Positions 17,899-27,854 of a stretch of DNA of 64,000 nucleotides are shown in pieces. This DNA is from a bacterium (GTDB taxonomy: Bacteria; Patescibacteriota; JABMPQ01; JBDRIV01): assembly GCA_043815505.1 (NCBI GenBank), contig JBDRIV010000002.1, positions 374,943-438,942 on the forward strand, read 5' to 3'. The first letter of the stretch is position 1; every line of letters begins with the position of its first letter. The notes beneath the pieces are model-generated. The model had not been told where the DNA came from. It did not search any database and was given only the letters and a program-made list of their open reading frames with translations. Position numbers and translations under genes: made by a program.

Positions 17899-19020
17899 AT
17901 GGAAAAAGAAAAACAAAAATTGGAAGCTAATGCTTCTCCGAACATTTTAATAAAAGAAATAGTAATACTTGCTATTAATACGATTCTACTTTCAGCTTTT
18001 TGGCTGATTTTATATTTCCAATTTGCTAAGTCAAAAAAATTATTTTATTTTGCTTCATTTGATTCATTGCTTGATATGTTTTTGATATTATTTAGTATTT
18101 TTATTTTGTTATCTACTATCGGAATTGTAAATATATTAGTAAAAAGAAAACCCTGGCTAGCTTTAATCTCATATTTTATAGGTTCATTTTCGTTTTTGAT
18201 ATTTTTCGGATTTAACTGGTTTTACTTACTGGGATGCTTTTTTCTTTTTGTAGCATTTTTAGCAGGATATTTTCGTATGCGTGATGAAACTAAAATCAGA
18301 AAGAAAATAAGAATAACCAGAATTATGAAATATGGAATGACCAGCATCGTGACAATGTTGGTGCTAATGGTATCGTTAGCATATTATTTTACTTCCGCAC
18401 AGTTGAGTAAAGAAAAAGAACTAACAGTTACACCAGAACAAATTTCATCTCAAAGTGGACCTTGGGACAAATATTTGTCTAACTATATAGATAATTTTGA
18501 TTCTGAACTTACTATTAATGAAGTGTTGTTAACTAATGTATTGGAAAATCAAAGTGAAGAAATATTTGAAGAATACAAACCAGACAATGTACCACCAGAA
18601 TTAGTGGAATTATTCAATAACAACGGAGTCGATTATTATAATTTAGATGAATTAGAAAAAAGTGTACAAAATAATGAAGCTGTAAAGAATGGATTTGTGA
18701 AATATATGGCAGAAAGAATGGATGAAATAAATCCAACAGAGAATAAAAAACTTTTTGGCATAGAATATAAAGGTAACGAAACTGTGGCTTCGCTTTCATC
18801 TCGTATAATAAATGAAATTGCAGAAAAATATTTAACTCCTTTTCAAGATTACTTTCCGCTAGCTCTAGCCGCGATTTTCTTTTTTGGTTTAAGATTTGTT
18901 GCCATTGTAGTAATGTGGATAAGTTATGGAGCAGCCTGGTTATCATTACAAATTCTAATTAAATTGAAATTCATTAGATTATATTTAGTTGATACCAAAG
19001 CAGAAGAATTAACTTTATAA
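17899..19020 (+). CDS. Hypothetical multi-pass membrane protein
   Basis: Several hydrophobic helices plus a large acidic loop; abuts dnaJ. Confidence 0.8.
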   Translation: MEKEKQKLEANASPNILIKEIVILAINTILLSAFWLILYFQFAKSKKLFYFASFDSLLDMFLILFSIFILLSTIGIVNILVKRKPWLALISYFIGSFSFLIFFGFNWFYLLGCFFLFVAFLAGYFRMRDETKIRKKIRITRIMKYGMTSIVTMLVLMVSLAYYFTSAQLSKEKELTVTPEQISSQSGPWDKYLSNYIDNFDSELTINEVLLTNVLENQSEEIFEEYKPDNVPPELVELFNNNGVDYYNLDELEKSVQNNEAVKNGFVKYMAERMDEINPTENKKLFGIEYKGNETVASLSSRIINEIAEKYLTPFQDYFPLALAAIFFFGLRFVAIVVMWISYGAAWLSLQILIKLKFIRLYLVDTKAEELTL

Positions 19021-20163
19021 ATGAGTAAGGATTATTACGAATCACTGGGCGTATCCAAAGATGCGACCGATGATGAAATAAAAAAAGCATATAGAAAATT
19101 AGCTCATAAATATCATCCTGATAAAGAAGGGGGAGACGAAGCCAAATTTAAGGAAATAAATCAGGCTTATCAAGTTTTATCGGACAAGCAAAAGCGTAGT
19201 CAATATGATCAGTTTGGTCAATCTTTTGAGGGAGCTGGTCAAGGGGCTGGTTTTTCTGGTTTTGGCAATGGCCAAGGATTTTCTGGATTTTCGGGAGCCG
19301 ATTTTGATTTTGGAAATTTAGGAGATATTTTTGGAGACATTTTTGGTGGAGATAGGAGCAGGGGTAGAACACAAACAAATATTCGTGGTGCTGATATAGA
19401 AATGGATGTCGAGCTGGATTTTAAAGAAGCCGTGTTTGGCAAAACACAAATATTTAATGTTTATAAAAGAATCAATTGTCCAAAATGTAAAGGCAATGGA
19501 GCGGAACCAGGAACAAAAATAGAAAATTGTAAAACTTGTGAGGGAAGAGGTCAAATTAGAAAAGTTCAACAAACTCCTTTCGGTCAGTTTGCTCAAACTC
19601 AAGTCTGTCCCGATTGTTCTGGTGAAGGAAAAATTGCAGAAACTAAATGTTCAGAATGTGGTGGCGACGGTAGAATTCGTGATGAAGAAAAAGTGGAAGT
19701 TAAAATTCCCGCTGGTATAAATGATAGACAAACTTTACGTGTTCCCGGCAAAGGTGAAGCTGGTTTACGTGGTGGAGTAGCTGGTGATTTGTTGGTAAAT
19801 ATTTATGTAAAGGATAGTAAGGATTTTAATCGTGACGGCGTTGATATAATTACTGATTTAGAAATCAGTTTTGCTCAAGCTGCTCTTGGTGACGAAATTG
19901 AAATTAAAACTATTAATGACTCCAGCACAATTGTAATTCCAGCTGGTATTCAATCTGGCAAACAATTGAAAATTAAGGAAAAAGGAGTTCCTTATTTGGA
20001 TGGAAACGGACGCGGAGATCATCTAATAAATATTCACGTTATAACACCAAAATCGCTGAATAAAGAAGAAAAGGAATTGTTTGCCAAACTTCAAGCAACT
20101 GGAGGAAATTCTGCTAAGGTAAAATCTAGAGGAGTGTTTAAAAAAATCTTTGGTGAGGATTAA
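19021..20163 (+). CDS. dnaJ: Chaperone DnaJ
   Basis: HPD J-domain, G/F region, four CxxCxGxG repeats. Confidence 0.98.
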   Translation: MSKDYYESLGVSKDATDDEIKKAYRKLAHKYHPDKEGGDEAKFKEINQAYQVLSDKQKRSQYDQFGQSFEGAGQGAGFSGFGNGQGFSGFSGADFDFGNLGDIFGDIFGGDRSRGRTQTNIRGADIEMDVELDFKEAVFGKTQIFNVYKRINCPKCKGNGAEPGTKIENCKTCEGRGQIRKVQQTPFGQFAQTQVCPDCSGEGKIAETKCSECGGDGRIRDEEKVEVKIPAGINDRQTLRVPGKGEAGLRGGVAGDLLVNIYVKDSKDFNRDGVDIITDLEISFAQAALGDEIEIKTINDSSTIVIPAGIQSGKQLKIKEKGVPYLDGNGRGDHLINIHVITPKSLNKEEKELFAKLQATGGNSAKVKSRGVFKKIFGED

Positions 20164-20250
20164 TACCATTGCTTACAATGAATAATTATGGTATAATGTA
20201 AACAGCAAAACTTAAAGGCAGTTTGACGTATAAAAGTAAAATAAAAACAT

Positions 20251-20778
20251 ATGATAATACCAGGTTGGGATTTCGTAATAGGGCTAGTTTTCGTACTGGC
20301 TGTCGGCTTTGGTTTAATGATGCGCAAAAACCAAATCCGAATTTTTATTATTTCAATTTATATTGCTTTTGCTGTTACTAACGAAATTGGTAATCAGTTT
20401 ATTGATACAGTTAACAAAGTTGGAGAAGCAACTAAGGGTGAAGAATATCAACAACCCTCAGGTTCGTTATTGCTGGTGATATTATTTGCGGCAGTGGTAA
20501 TTGGTTTAACTTTATGGGGAGGATTTTCCATAAAAGGAAGTGGCAAAGCTCTAACTTCTGGCATGATGACAATATTATATGGAGTGGTGGGAGCGGGGTT
20601 AATGATTAGTTCACTAATTGCTTTTTTGCCACCAGAATGGCAAGCGGATTTATTGGCGTCATCTGATTTAGCTCAAAAAATAAATAATTTTAAAACCTGG
20701 TGGATAGTATTACCAGTTCTGCTAATATTTGTTGATTATTTTCTAAATAAACGTAAATCCTTAGATCTTGAGGGTTAA
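20251..20778 (+). CDS. Hypothetical membrane protein (CvpA-like topology)
   Basis: 4-5 hydrophobic segments. Confidence 0.7.
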   Translation: MIIPGWDFVIGLVFVLAVGFGLMMRKNQIRIFIISIYIAFAVTNEIGNQFIDTVNKVGEATKGEEYQQPSGSLLLVILFAAVVIGLTLWGGFSIKGSGKALTSGMMTILYGVVGAGLMISSLIAFLPPEWQADLLASSDLAQKINNFKTWWIVLPVLLIFVDYFLNKRKSLDLEG

Positions 20779-20894
20779 ATTTAATTTAGATTGAACTGGC
20801 CCTCGCAAAAAATGCGAGGGTTTTAAAAATCCTTTATCCTGAATAGAACTGAAGGACTTGACGAACTTTGAAAAATAGATAGAATAAGCAAAGT

Positions 20895-21100
20895 ATCCAT
20901 ACCTAATTAGTACGGAATTTACAATCAAAATTAGGTGCGGACCCAGCACCAGTTTGAAAAACTGGAGCTGGGGAGCACGAATTCAAATTGGAAGGAGCCC
21001 CGCCCCAGTTTTGCAGAACTCAGCAACTTTAATGTTGTACGAATTTTAAAGAATTTCCGAAATTTAAAATCTGAGTTCTATAAAACTGGAGCGGGACGAC
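20895..21100 (+). ncRNA. Candidate structured RNA or leader upstream of tRNA-Lys
   Basis: Three consecutive stems downstream of a TTGACG...TAGAAT promoter-like sequence. Confidence 0.4.
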
Positions 21101-21102
21101 GA

Positions 21103-21175
21103 GGGTCCGTAGCTCAGTTGGTAGAGCACCTGCCTTTTAAGCAGGGTGTCCTGGGTTCGAGACCCAGCGGACCCA
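21103..21175 (+). tRNA. tRNA-Lys (TTT), no encoded CCA
   Basis: GGGTCCG/CGGACCC acceptor, CCTGC-CTTTTAA-GCAGG anticodon arm, CTGGG-TTCGAGA-CCCAG T-arm. Confidence 0.96.
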
Positions 21176-21188
21176 TATGTATGAGTAT

Positions 21189-21213
21189 AAAAAGCCGCCA
21201 AAAAGGCGGTTTT
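21189..21213 (+). terminator. Intrinsic terminator after the tRNA
   Basis: AAAAGCCGCC-AAAAA-GGCGGTTTT. Confidence 0.75.
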
Positions 21214-21427
21214 ATTATTGACAAGGCAATTGTAAAATGTTAGTTTTATTTGATTAAGTAAATCGTTGCACATTTCATATTACATATAAGAAAAAGAGGT
21301 TGTAATATTATAGTTGCGGACGTAAGAAATCCTTCAAAAAGAGAAAAATTGTTTCTCAATTGGACAAAAAAGAAAAGAGTGATTATTTAGATAATCTATC
21401 AACCATAAAACACGGAGGAAAAAGAGA

Positions 21428-21727
21428 ATGGCCGATAATAGAGCGAATTTAATTTTATGGTATCTTGATGCCTTTCCATCTTCCTTTAAACAACAATGTT
21501 ATGTTACATATCCTGTTACCAGAAGAACAATTCTTTTTGGCAAGCCTTGTCGATCGGGAAAAGTTTATCTGCTCACGAATGATTCAAGTACTAAAGAGAA
21601 ACGAAAACAAATAGGGAGGCTTGTTCGGGGAGAGATTCCGAGTATTGTCTTTTCAGTAGAAAATGGTGGACTTGTGGAATTAGAGATTTACACTAAAAAA
21701 CGTCCGAGTAAAAAAAACAAGAAGTAA
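21428..21727 (+). CDS. Hypothetical basic protein (paralog A)
   Basis: GGAGG SD; TTGACA-17-TAGTTT at 21218-21246; terminator 21748-21795. Confidence 0.75.
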   Translation: MADNRANLILWYLDAFPSSFKQQCYVTYPVTRRTILFGKPCRSGKVYLLTNDSSTKEKRKQIGRLVRGEIPSIVFSVENGGLVELEIYTKKRPSKKNKK

Positions 21728-21903
21728 AGAATTCTTGTTCAGTAAGTACCACTCCGGGAACACAGGTTTCAATTGTGTTTTCGAAGTGGTTTTTTGTTTG
21801 ACAAAAATAACTTATTAATATAGTATTCATTGTTAATTTGAACCTTGAATTCAGAAAGCATGAGGATTAAAACTGGGTAAGGAAAAAATAGGAGGACGAG
21901 GAA

Positions 21904-22260
21904 ATGACGAAAGAAATAGATTACATCACTTTGCGTTTGATGATTAATATAATTCCCTCTGCAAAGGATGATGGTTTCGTCGGAATCATTAAGATTAACG
22001 AAAAAACATTCCTGATTGGCGAGTATAACAAGGATGTTGAGTCAATCGATATTAACACCAGTGCAGTCCGTGCTGACAAAAAGGAAGTGTTGCCTCTGGT
22101 GAAAAAACTGCTTAATGGAGAGATTCCTCATATCGTCGTATCCATAGGGTCCCATGATGAAGTCTGCACAATCAAGTGGCGGGTTCTGATTACGATTCCC
22201 CGAAAAAAACGGGTGCAAAAAACAAAGAAGAGAGCTTGCCCGAATGGTGGTAAAAAGTAA
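21904..22260 (+). CDS. Hypothetical basic protein (paralog B)
   Basis: GGAGG SD; TTGACA-17-TAGTAT at 21798-21826; shares the GEIPxIVxS motif with paralog A. Confidence 0.75.
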   Translation: MTKEIDYITLRLMINIIPSAKDDGFVGIIKINEKTFLIGEYNKDVESIDINTSAVRADKKEVLPLVKKLLNGEIPHIVVSIGSHDEVCTIKWRVLITIPRKKRVQKTKKRACPNGGKK

Positions 22261-22431
22261 AAATGTTTAGTCGAGAATGAAACCAAATAATATTCCCCTA
22301 TCGTGTGGAAATTGTAAGCATCACGACGGAGAAGAAGTCTGACACAGATCACTACCATAATAATATCGAGGCGACTCAAAGCTTTTATGAGTCGCCTTTA
22401 ACTTTAAGCTAAATTTTGTTAGTATATATTT

Positions 22432-22860
22432 ATGAAAAAAGGAGAAGACTATACAGGTGTTTCAATTGTTTATCTTTGCCACGATGGGAAAGGTAATTAT
22501 TTATTTAATAAAAGAAGCAATAAATGTCGCGATGAACATGGGTGTTGGGATCAGGGAGGGGGAGGATTGGAATTTGGTGAAGAAGTTGATGATTGTTTAC
22601 AGAAAGAAATAAAAGAAGAATATTGTACAGATGTTTTGGATTATGAATTATTAGGTTATCGTGATGTACATAGAGAGCACAAAGGAAAAAAGACACATTG
22701 GGTTGCTCTAGATTTTAAAGTCTTAGTAGATAGAGAAAAAGTGAAAAATGGTGAACCTCACAAGTTTGATGAAATTGGTTGGTTCAAAATAAATGATTTA
22801 CCAAAACCTCTTCATTCTCAAACACCAACTTTTGTAAGGAATTATAAAGATCGTTTTTGA
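22432..22860 (+). CDS. NUDIX hydrolase
   Basis: GGGLEFGEEVDDCLQKEIKEEY Nudix box; NGEPHKF. Confidence 0.92.
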   Translation: MKKGEDYTGVSIVYLCHDGKGNYLFNKRSNKCRDEHGCWDQGGGGLEFGEEVDDCLQKEIKEEYCTDVLDYELLGYRDVHREHKGKKTHWVALDFKVLVDREKVKNGEPHKFDEIGWFKINDLPKPLHSQTPTFVRNYKDRF

Positions 22861-23003
22861 ATTTGATAAAAGCTTAATATCTATTTCTCCATAACGGTAT
22901 GAAAAACAGAGTCAATAAACGGGTTTCTTATTTGACTAAAATTGTTTTTGTTGATACCTTGAAGCATGGTAAAATCGACCTTTTCAAAATAAGGAGGAAC
23001 AAA

Positions 23004-23330
23004 ATGAGAGAATCAAAAGGTATGAGAAAGCATCTGCGAAGAAGAAATATGTATATTCGTTGGCTAACAGAAGGATGTACAAGGGAAAGGAGAAAAAAAG
23101 CAATGCAATTCTTCTCGCTGCGTGGCGAGAATCTTCCCATGGAAGTACAAGCAGCTCTTAATCGACAAGCAGAAGAGCGAGCAGCTGCAAAAAATATACT
23201 TTCCAAAGAAGAAAGAGATCGTAGAGCACATGCAGAATATCTTAATAAAAAAGAGAGAGAAGAAAGAGCTGCCCTATCTCCTTATCAGCTTTGGTTGAAA
23301 AAGTTTGGGAGGCAAATGAGCAACAGGTGA
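23004..23330 (+). CDS. Hypothetical basic helical protein
   Basis: AAGGAGG SD before ATG 23004; TTGACT-17-TACCTT at 22932-22960 lies within the longer ORF-track call. Confidence 0.65.
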   Translation: MRESKGMRKHLRRRNMYIRWLTEGCTRERRKKAMQFFSLRGENLPMEVQAALNRQAEERAAAKNILSKEERDRRAHAEYLNKKEREERAALSPYQLWLKKFGRQMSNR

Positions 23331-23345
23331 GTCATGAAAAACTAG

Positions 23346-23663
23346 ATGTTGAGCTGTAATCTTACTGAAGCAGTACAATTTTATGATGAGCATTATGGTG
23401 AAAATGTGTTGTTTAGCTTTTATAAAGAGCGTTCACCTGATAAATTATCATTCAGATTGGTGAATCGTGTATGGCAGGAAAAACGTCAGAATAATCATGG
23501 TTCATTATTGGTCATTACCATTTCCGACTATTCGGAAACACCAAAAATACAAGTGCTCATTATTGAAAACAAGGATGAATGGGAGAAAGATGTGACAGGT
23601 CACATTGTCAAAATTTACAGTGTGATTGCTGAAAATGTAGTATATGATGTACATGTCAATTAG
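23346..23663 (+). CDS. Hypothetical protein
   Basis: ORF following 23004-23330; downstream terminator at about 23686-23733. Confidence 0.6.
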   Translation: MLSCNLTEAVQFYDEHYGENVLFSFYKERSPDKLSFRLVNRVWQEKRQNNHGSLLVITISDYSETPKIQVLIIENKDEWEKDVTGHIVKIYSVIAENVVYDVHVN

Positions 23664-23740
23664 CCTAATCCAATTTTCAAATAATAAAAGCTTCTGATGG
23701 CAGATTTGTCTGCCAGTAAATCAGAAGCTTTTTCATATAG

Positions 23741-23772
23741 TTATTCTATCTTTCTATAGAAAGATAGAATAA
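23741..23772. repeat. Perfect 32-bp palindrome
   Basis: TTATTCTATCTTTCTATAGAAAGATAGAATAA equals its own reverse complement. Confidence 0.9.
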
Positions 23773-23875
23773 GTGATTTTTACAAAGAAAACCCCGCCTA
23801 ATGTCTGTTAAGACAGGCGGGGGAATGTGCGAGATGGAGATAAAGGAATACTTGTTTTTGTGTCAGCATATATGC

Positions 23876-24169
23876 CTATGTCTTCTGTATTTCCTTGTTC
23901 TCAGAATCCGACATATTCATCTTTGAAAGTATAAAGAACATTGTTCCAAAGAATAATACTGAGGAGTATGTTAACCAGCAGCTTGCGACCAAGGGACGCA
24001 ATTCACCTGTAAGACCAAACCAGTTCATGTAGGCAGCTGTTGGTAAGGGAATCCATCCCAAGACAGCACAGATAATGTATCTTTTTACATTCATACTCTT
24101 CTTGGCTTTGCAAGTAAATTGAATGCTGATAATAAATACTACAAGCGAATAAAGCAATACTAAACACAT
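23876..24169 (-). CDS. Small hypothetical membrane protein (orphan unit)
   Basis: 3 TM; GGAGG SD; TTGACA-17-TATTAT at 24304-24276; terminator at about 23788-23823. Confidence 0.72.
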   Translation of the reverse strand: MCLVLLYSLVVFIISIQFTCKAKKSMNVKRYIICAVLGWIPLPTAAYMNWFGLTGELRPLVASCWLTYSSVLFFGTMFFILSKMNMSDSENKEIQKT

Positions 24170-24388
24170 GTTTTTTCCTCCAATAGGAACAGATTTTAAG
24201 GAGCGATTCTAGCGATTCTCACCATGAGAAGCGCTCGTTTTAGTTTCAGACAAATTTCTCATTTCGAGATAATAAATAATAACATACAGCACAATAAATG
24301 TCAAGTATTTAGGCGTAAAATCAACTTTGACAATTGCGACCGAAAGGGATATATTTAAAGGGAGATTTGTTAATAAATAGACACAAAA

Positions 24389-26194
24389 ATGCCATTGTAT
24401 AGAAGCCACAACTGTGGCGAACTTAAGGCCTCAAATAAGGGAAAAAGTGTGGTTTTGTCCGGTTGGGTAAACCGTCGCCGAGATCACGGGGGGCTTATTT
24501 TTATTGATTTGCGTGACCAAGAAGGAATGACGCAACTGACTTTTGACCCTAAAAAACAGGAAAAGGTGTTTTCAGTTGCAGAAACTTTGCGACCAGAATT
24601 TGTAATTCGAGTAGAGGGAACGGTCGCACTTAGACCAGCAGAAATGACAAACAAGAAGTTATCAACTGGTGAAATTGAAATTGAGGTCAAAAAATTAGAT
24701 ATTTTGAATAAAGCCAAGACCCCACCGTTTAACATTGCTTTAGCCGACGGCGAAGAGGCAGAAGATCAGGCCAAAAAACTTGGAGAGGATGTGCGTATGA
24801 AATATCGCTATTTGGATATGCGTCGACAAATGGTTCGCGAAAAATTGAACTTGCGTTCTGAAATTATAAAATATATGCGCGAGTTTATGTGGAAAGAAAA
24901 ATTTCAAGAAATAGAAACTCCAATTCTAACTAAATCCACACCAGAAGGTGCGCGCGATTATTTGGTTCCGTCACGAGTTTATCCCGGAAAATTTTATGCT
25001 CTACCACAATCCCCACAGCAGTACAAACAAATGCTGATGGTGGCAGGAGTTGATAAATATTTTCAAATTGCACCATGTTTTCGTGATGAAGATCCACGAG
25101 CTGACAGATCACCAGATCAGTTTTATCAGCTTGATATTGAGATGGCATTTCCAGAGCAAGACAAAATTTTAGATTTGTGTGAAAAACTATTTACAGCCGT
25201 TGCAGAAAAGTTTACCAAGAAAAAGATTTTACAAACTCCCTGGCCACGATTAACTCATGCTGAGGTTATGGAAAAATATGGCGTGGACAAACCAGATTTA
25301 AGATTTAATTTAGAAATTAAAAATGTAACTGAAATAGTTAAGAATTGTGGTTTTAAAGTATTTTCTAATGTTGTAAAAGATGGTGGTGTTGTAAAAGCGA
25401 TTAAAGCTGATAGTGCCGCTAAATTTTCTCGTCAGCAAATTGATGACTTAACAGAATATGCCAAAGCATTTGGCGCTAAAGGTTTAGCTTATATTGTAGT
25501 TGAGGAAAAGGGATTAAAATCTCCAATCGTAAAATTCCTTAGAGATGATGTTGCGAGTAATATTGTAAAAGAAATGGGAGCCAAGGTTGGCGATACAATT
25601 TTCTTTGGGGCAGGCGATGCTATGAACGTGCGAGATATTTTAGGACAAGTGAGAAACAAACTTGGTGAGATGTTAGAACTGGCTGATCCAAATGTGTTAG
25701 CTTTTTGTTTTGTAATTGACTGGCCATTATTTGAAGAAGAAAAAAATGACGGTCACTATGCGCCAGCTCATCATATGTTTACAGCGCCAAAAGAAGAAGA
25801 TTTAGACAAGCTAGAAAAGGAACCTAATAGTGTAAAATCTTATCAGCACGATATGGTTTTGAATGGTGTGGAAGTTGGTGGCGGATCAATTAGAATTCAC
25901 GATAGAGAAACTCAAGACAAAATATTTAAATTGATTGGCTTTTCAGAAAAGGACAGGAAATATTTTGAGCATATGCTGGAAGCATTTGAATATGGCGCTC
26001 CGCCACATGGTGGTATCGCACCGGGGATTGATAGATTTATAATGACACTCCTGAATGAAGAAAATATTCGCGAAGTAATACCGTTTCCCAAGACTGGTTC
26101 GGTGGAAGAATTAATGATGGGATCACCAAGCGAGGTAAGTGAAGATCAGCTTAAAGATTTGAGCCTAGAAGTCAAAAAGCGTAAGGATAAATAA
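24389..26194 (+). CDS. aspS: Aspartate--tRNA ligase
   Basis: RRRDHGGLIFIDLRD, STPEGARDYLVPSR, LPQSPQ, GAPPHGGIA. Confidence 0.98.
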   Translation: MPLYRSHNCGELKASNKGKSVVLSGWVNRRRDHGGLIFIDLRDQEGMTQLTFDPKKQEKVFSVAETLRPEFVIRVEGTVALRPAEMTNKKLSTGEIEIEVKKLDILNKAKTPPFNIALADGEEAEDQAKKLGEDVRMKYRYLDMRRQMVREKLNLRSEIIKYMREFMWKEKFQEIETPILTKSTPEGARDYLVPSRVYPGKFYALPQSPQQYKQMLMVAGVDKYFQIAPCFRDEDPRADRSPDQFYQLDIEMAFPEQDKILDLCEKLFTAVAEKFTKKKILQTPWPRLTHAEVMEKYGVDKPDLRFNLEIKNVTEIVKNCGFKVFSNVVKDGGVVKAIKADSAAKFSRQQIDDLTEYAKAFGAKGLAYIVVEEKGLKSPIVKFLRDDVASNIVKEMGAKVGDTIFFGAGDAMNVRDILGQVRNKLGEMLELADPNVLAFCFVIDWPLFEEEKNDGHYAPAHHMFTAPKEEDLDKLEKEPNSVKSYQHDMVLNGVEVGGGSIRIHDRETQDKIFKLIGFSEKDRKYFEHMLEAFEYGAPPHGGIAPGIDRFIMTLLNEENIREVIPFPKTGSVEELMMGSPSEVSEDQLKDLSLEVKKRKDK

Positions 26195-26276
26195 AGAGTA
26201 GATTAAAATTTAAAATTAAAAGAGCAAGGAAACTAAAATATTTTGAATTTTTCTCTTTAATCTTTAATCTTTTACA

Positions 26277-26573
26277 GTGCGTCTTTCCAAATTACAAAAA
26301 TACATTTTGCTAACTTGTCACGCCGAGGGAAATAAAAGGGTGAAAAAGAAAGACTTTTTTGGTTTCTATATGCAGGAAAAGAATAAAAACCAAAAATATA
26401 TTTTGGATTCTGTAACCAGAAGTTTGGAACGTTTAATTGAAAAAGAATGTTTGGTGGGATTTGGATCAAAAACTCCGAAGAGATTTTACATAAAAGAAGT
26501 GCGACTGACACTATTCGGACGAAAAGTAGCCAGAACTTTGTATGGCAAACAACAAAAATTATTTAAAAGATAA
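26277..26573 (+). CDS. Hypothetical protein (possible winged helix)
   Basis: LSKLQKYIL...SVTRSLERLIEKECLV...LTLFGRK; operonic spacing. Confidence 0.7.
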   Translation: MRLSKLQKYILLTCHAEGNKRVKKKDFFGFYMQEKNKNQKYILDSVTRSLERLIEKECLVGFGSKTPKRFYIKEVRLTLFGRKVARTLYGKQQKLFKR

Positions 26574-26575
26574 AT

Positions 26576-27136
26576 ATGCCCGTAGTTGCAAAAGTTTTAA
26601 AACAATTTGAAAAAAACAAAGTTAATTATAAGTTGCTTTCACACAAAGTAACTTATACTGCCTTGGATAGAGCAGAGACTCAGAAAATTGATATGAGTGA
26701 TGTTGTGAAAACCTTGGTACTTAAAGCTGATAAATATTATATTTTAGCTTGTGTCCCTGCTATTAAGAATTTGGATAAAAACAAGGTTAAAAAGATTCTA
26801 AATATATATCTGAAAAAGCAAGAAGAAAAAGCTGTTAAAAAGGTTGATTTTGCCAAAGAAGCTTGGATGACAAAAAATATTCCTGGAAAAGTTGGTTCTA
26901 CACCACCCTTTGCATCATTGTTCCTCAAAAAATGGGCCAGCCTAAAAAACAAAGAAATTATTCCCGTTATATTTGATAATGCTTTACTGAAAAGAAAAGT
27001 AATTTTTCTTAATTCAGGTGATTATAAAATTTCTATAATGTTGAAACCGGCAGGGTTCCTCAAAGTAGAAGAAGTTTTACCAGGAGCGATTTCTGCCCCG
27101 AAGAAAATTAAGAAGCAGAAGAAGCCAAAAAAATGA
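26576..27136 (+). CDS. YbaK/ProX-family aminoacyl-tRNA deacylase-like protein
   Basis: HKVTYTA, VVKTLVLKAD, GSTPPF, FLNSG. Confidence 0.8.
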   Translation: MPVVAKVLKQFEKNKVNYKLLSHKVTYTALDRAETQKIDMSDVVKTLVLKADKYYILACVPAIKNLDKNKVKKILNIYLKKQEEKAVKKVDFAKEAWMTKNIPGKVGSTPPFASLFLKKWASLKNKEIIPVIFDNALLKRKVIFLNSGDYKISIMLKPAGFLKVEEVLPGAISAPKKIKKQKKPKK

Positions 27137-27843
27137 CAGTAAATTTTAGTTTAGAACAATTTGAGGGGCCACTAGATCTTCTATTGGAATTAATTGAGAA
27201 GGAAGAACTTGATATTACTGAAGTTTCACTTTCCAGAATCGCTGATCAATTTATTCAATATTTAGAAAAAGTAGAAAATCTGCAGCCAGAACTTTTAGCC
27301 GATTTTTTATTTGTCGCCGCTCGTTTATTACTAATTAAATCTCGAGCCTTATTACCGGACTTAGAAGTTGATGATGAAGAAGAGCTGTCGGCCGAAGAAT
27401 TACAGTTTAGATTGAAGCAGTACAAAAAATTTAGAGACATTAGCAAAGAGATTTTGCAAATATGGATGTCGAAAAGGAAATCATTCCGTCGCGAATTTGA
27501 TTTGTCAGTTTTCACATCTTTTTATCCTCCAGCCGAAGTTAGTGCCCATAGTCTAGATGAATCCTTTAAAGGTTTGTTAAAGAATTTGGCTCGTCAAGAA
27601 AAGTTGGCGGAAACCACAATTTTAGAAGAAGTTTCAATCGAAGAGAGAATAAATTCTATTCAAGGAACAATTTTAGAAAAAGTTCAGGTAAGATTTCAAA
27701 CTTTGTTAGAAGTTGCCAATACTAAGTTAGAAGTTATAGTTACATTTTTAGCTTTGCTCGAACTTATTAAGCAAAGAGTAGTGGTGGCCAAGCAATCAGA
27801 GAATTTTGAAGAAATATTTGTCGAACAAAATAATACTCATTAA
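27133..27843 (+). CDS. scpA: Segregation/condensation protein A
   Basis: FEGPLDLLLELI, LIKSRALLP, VTFLALLEL. Confidence 0.96.
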   Translation: MTVNFSLEQFEGPLDLLLELIEKEELDITEVSLSRIADQFIQYLEKVENLQPELLADFLFVAARLLLIKSRALLPDLEVDDEEELSAEELQFRLKQYKKFRDISKEILQIWMSKRKSFRREFDLSVFTSFYPPAEVSAHSLDESFKGLLKNLARQEKLAETTILEEVSIEERINSIQGTILEKVQVRFQTLLEVANTKLEVIVTFLALLELIKQRVVVAKQSENFEEIFVEQNNTH

Positions 27844-27854
27844 AGAATAATTAG

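Noticed and set aside
20935-21243. 102-aa ORF
   Set aside because: Reads through the structured RNA region and tRNA-Lys
22899-23003. N-terminal extension of the 143-aa ORF
   Set aside because: Contains the promoter-like element; a strong SD marks ATG 23004
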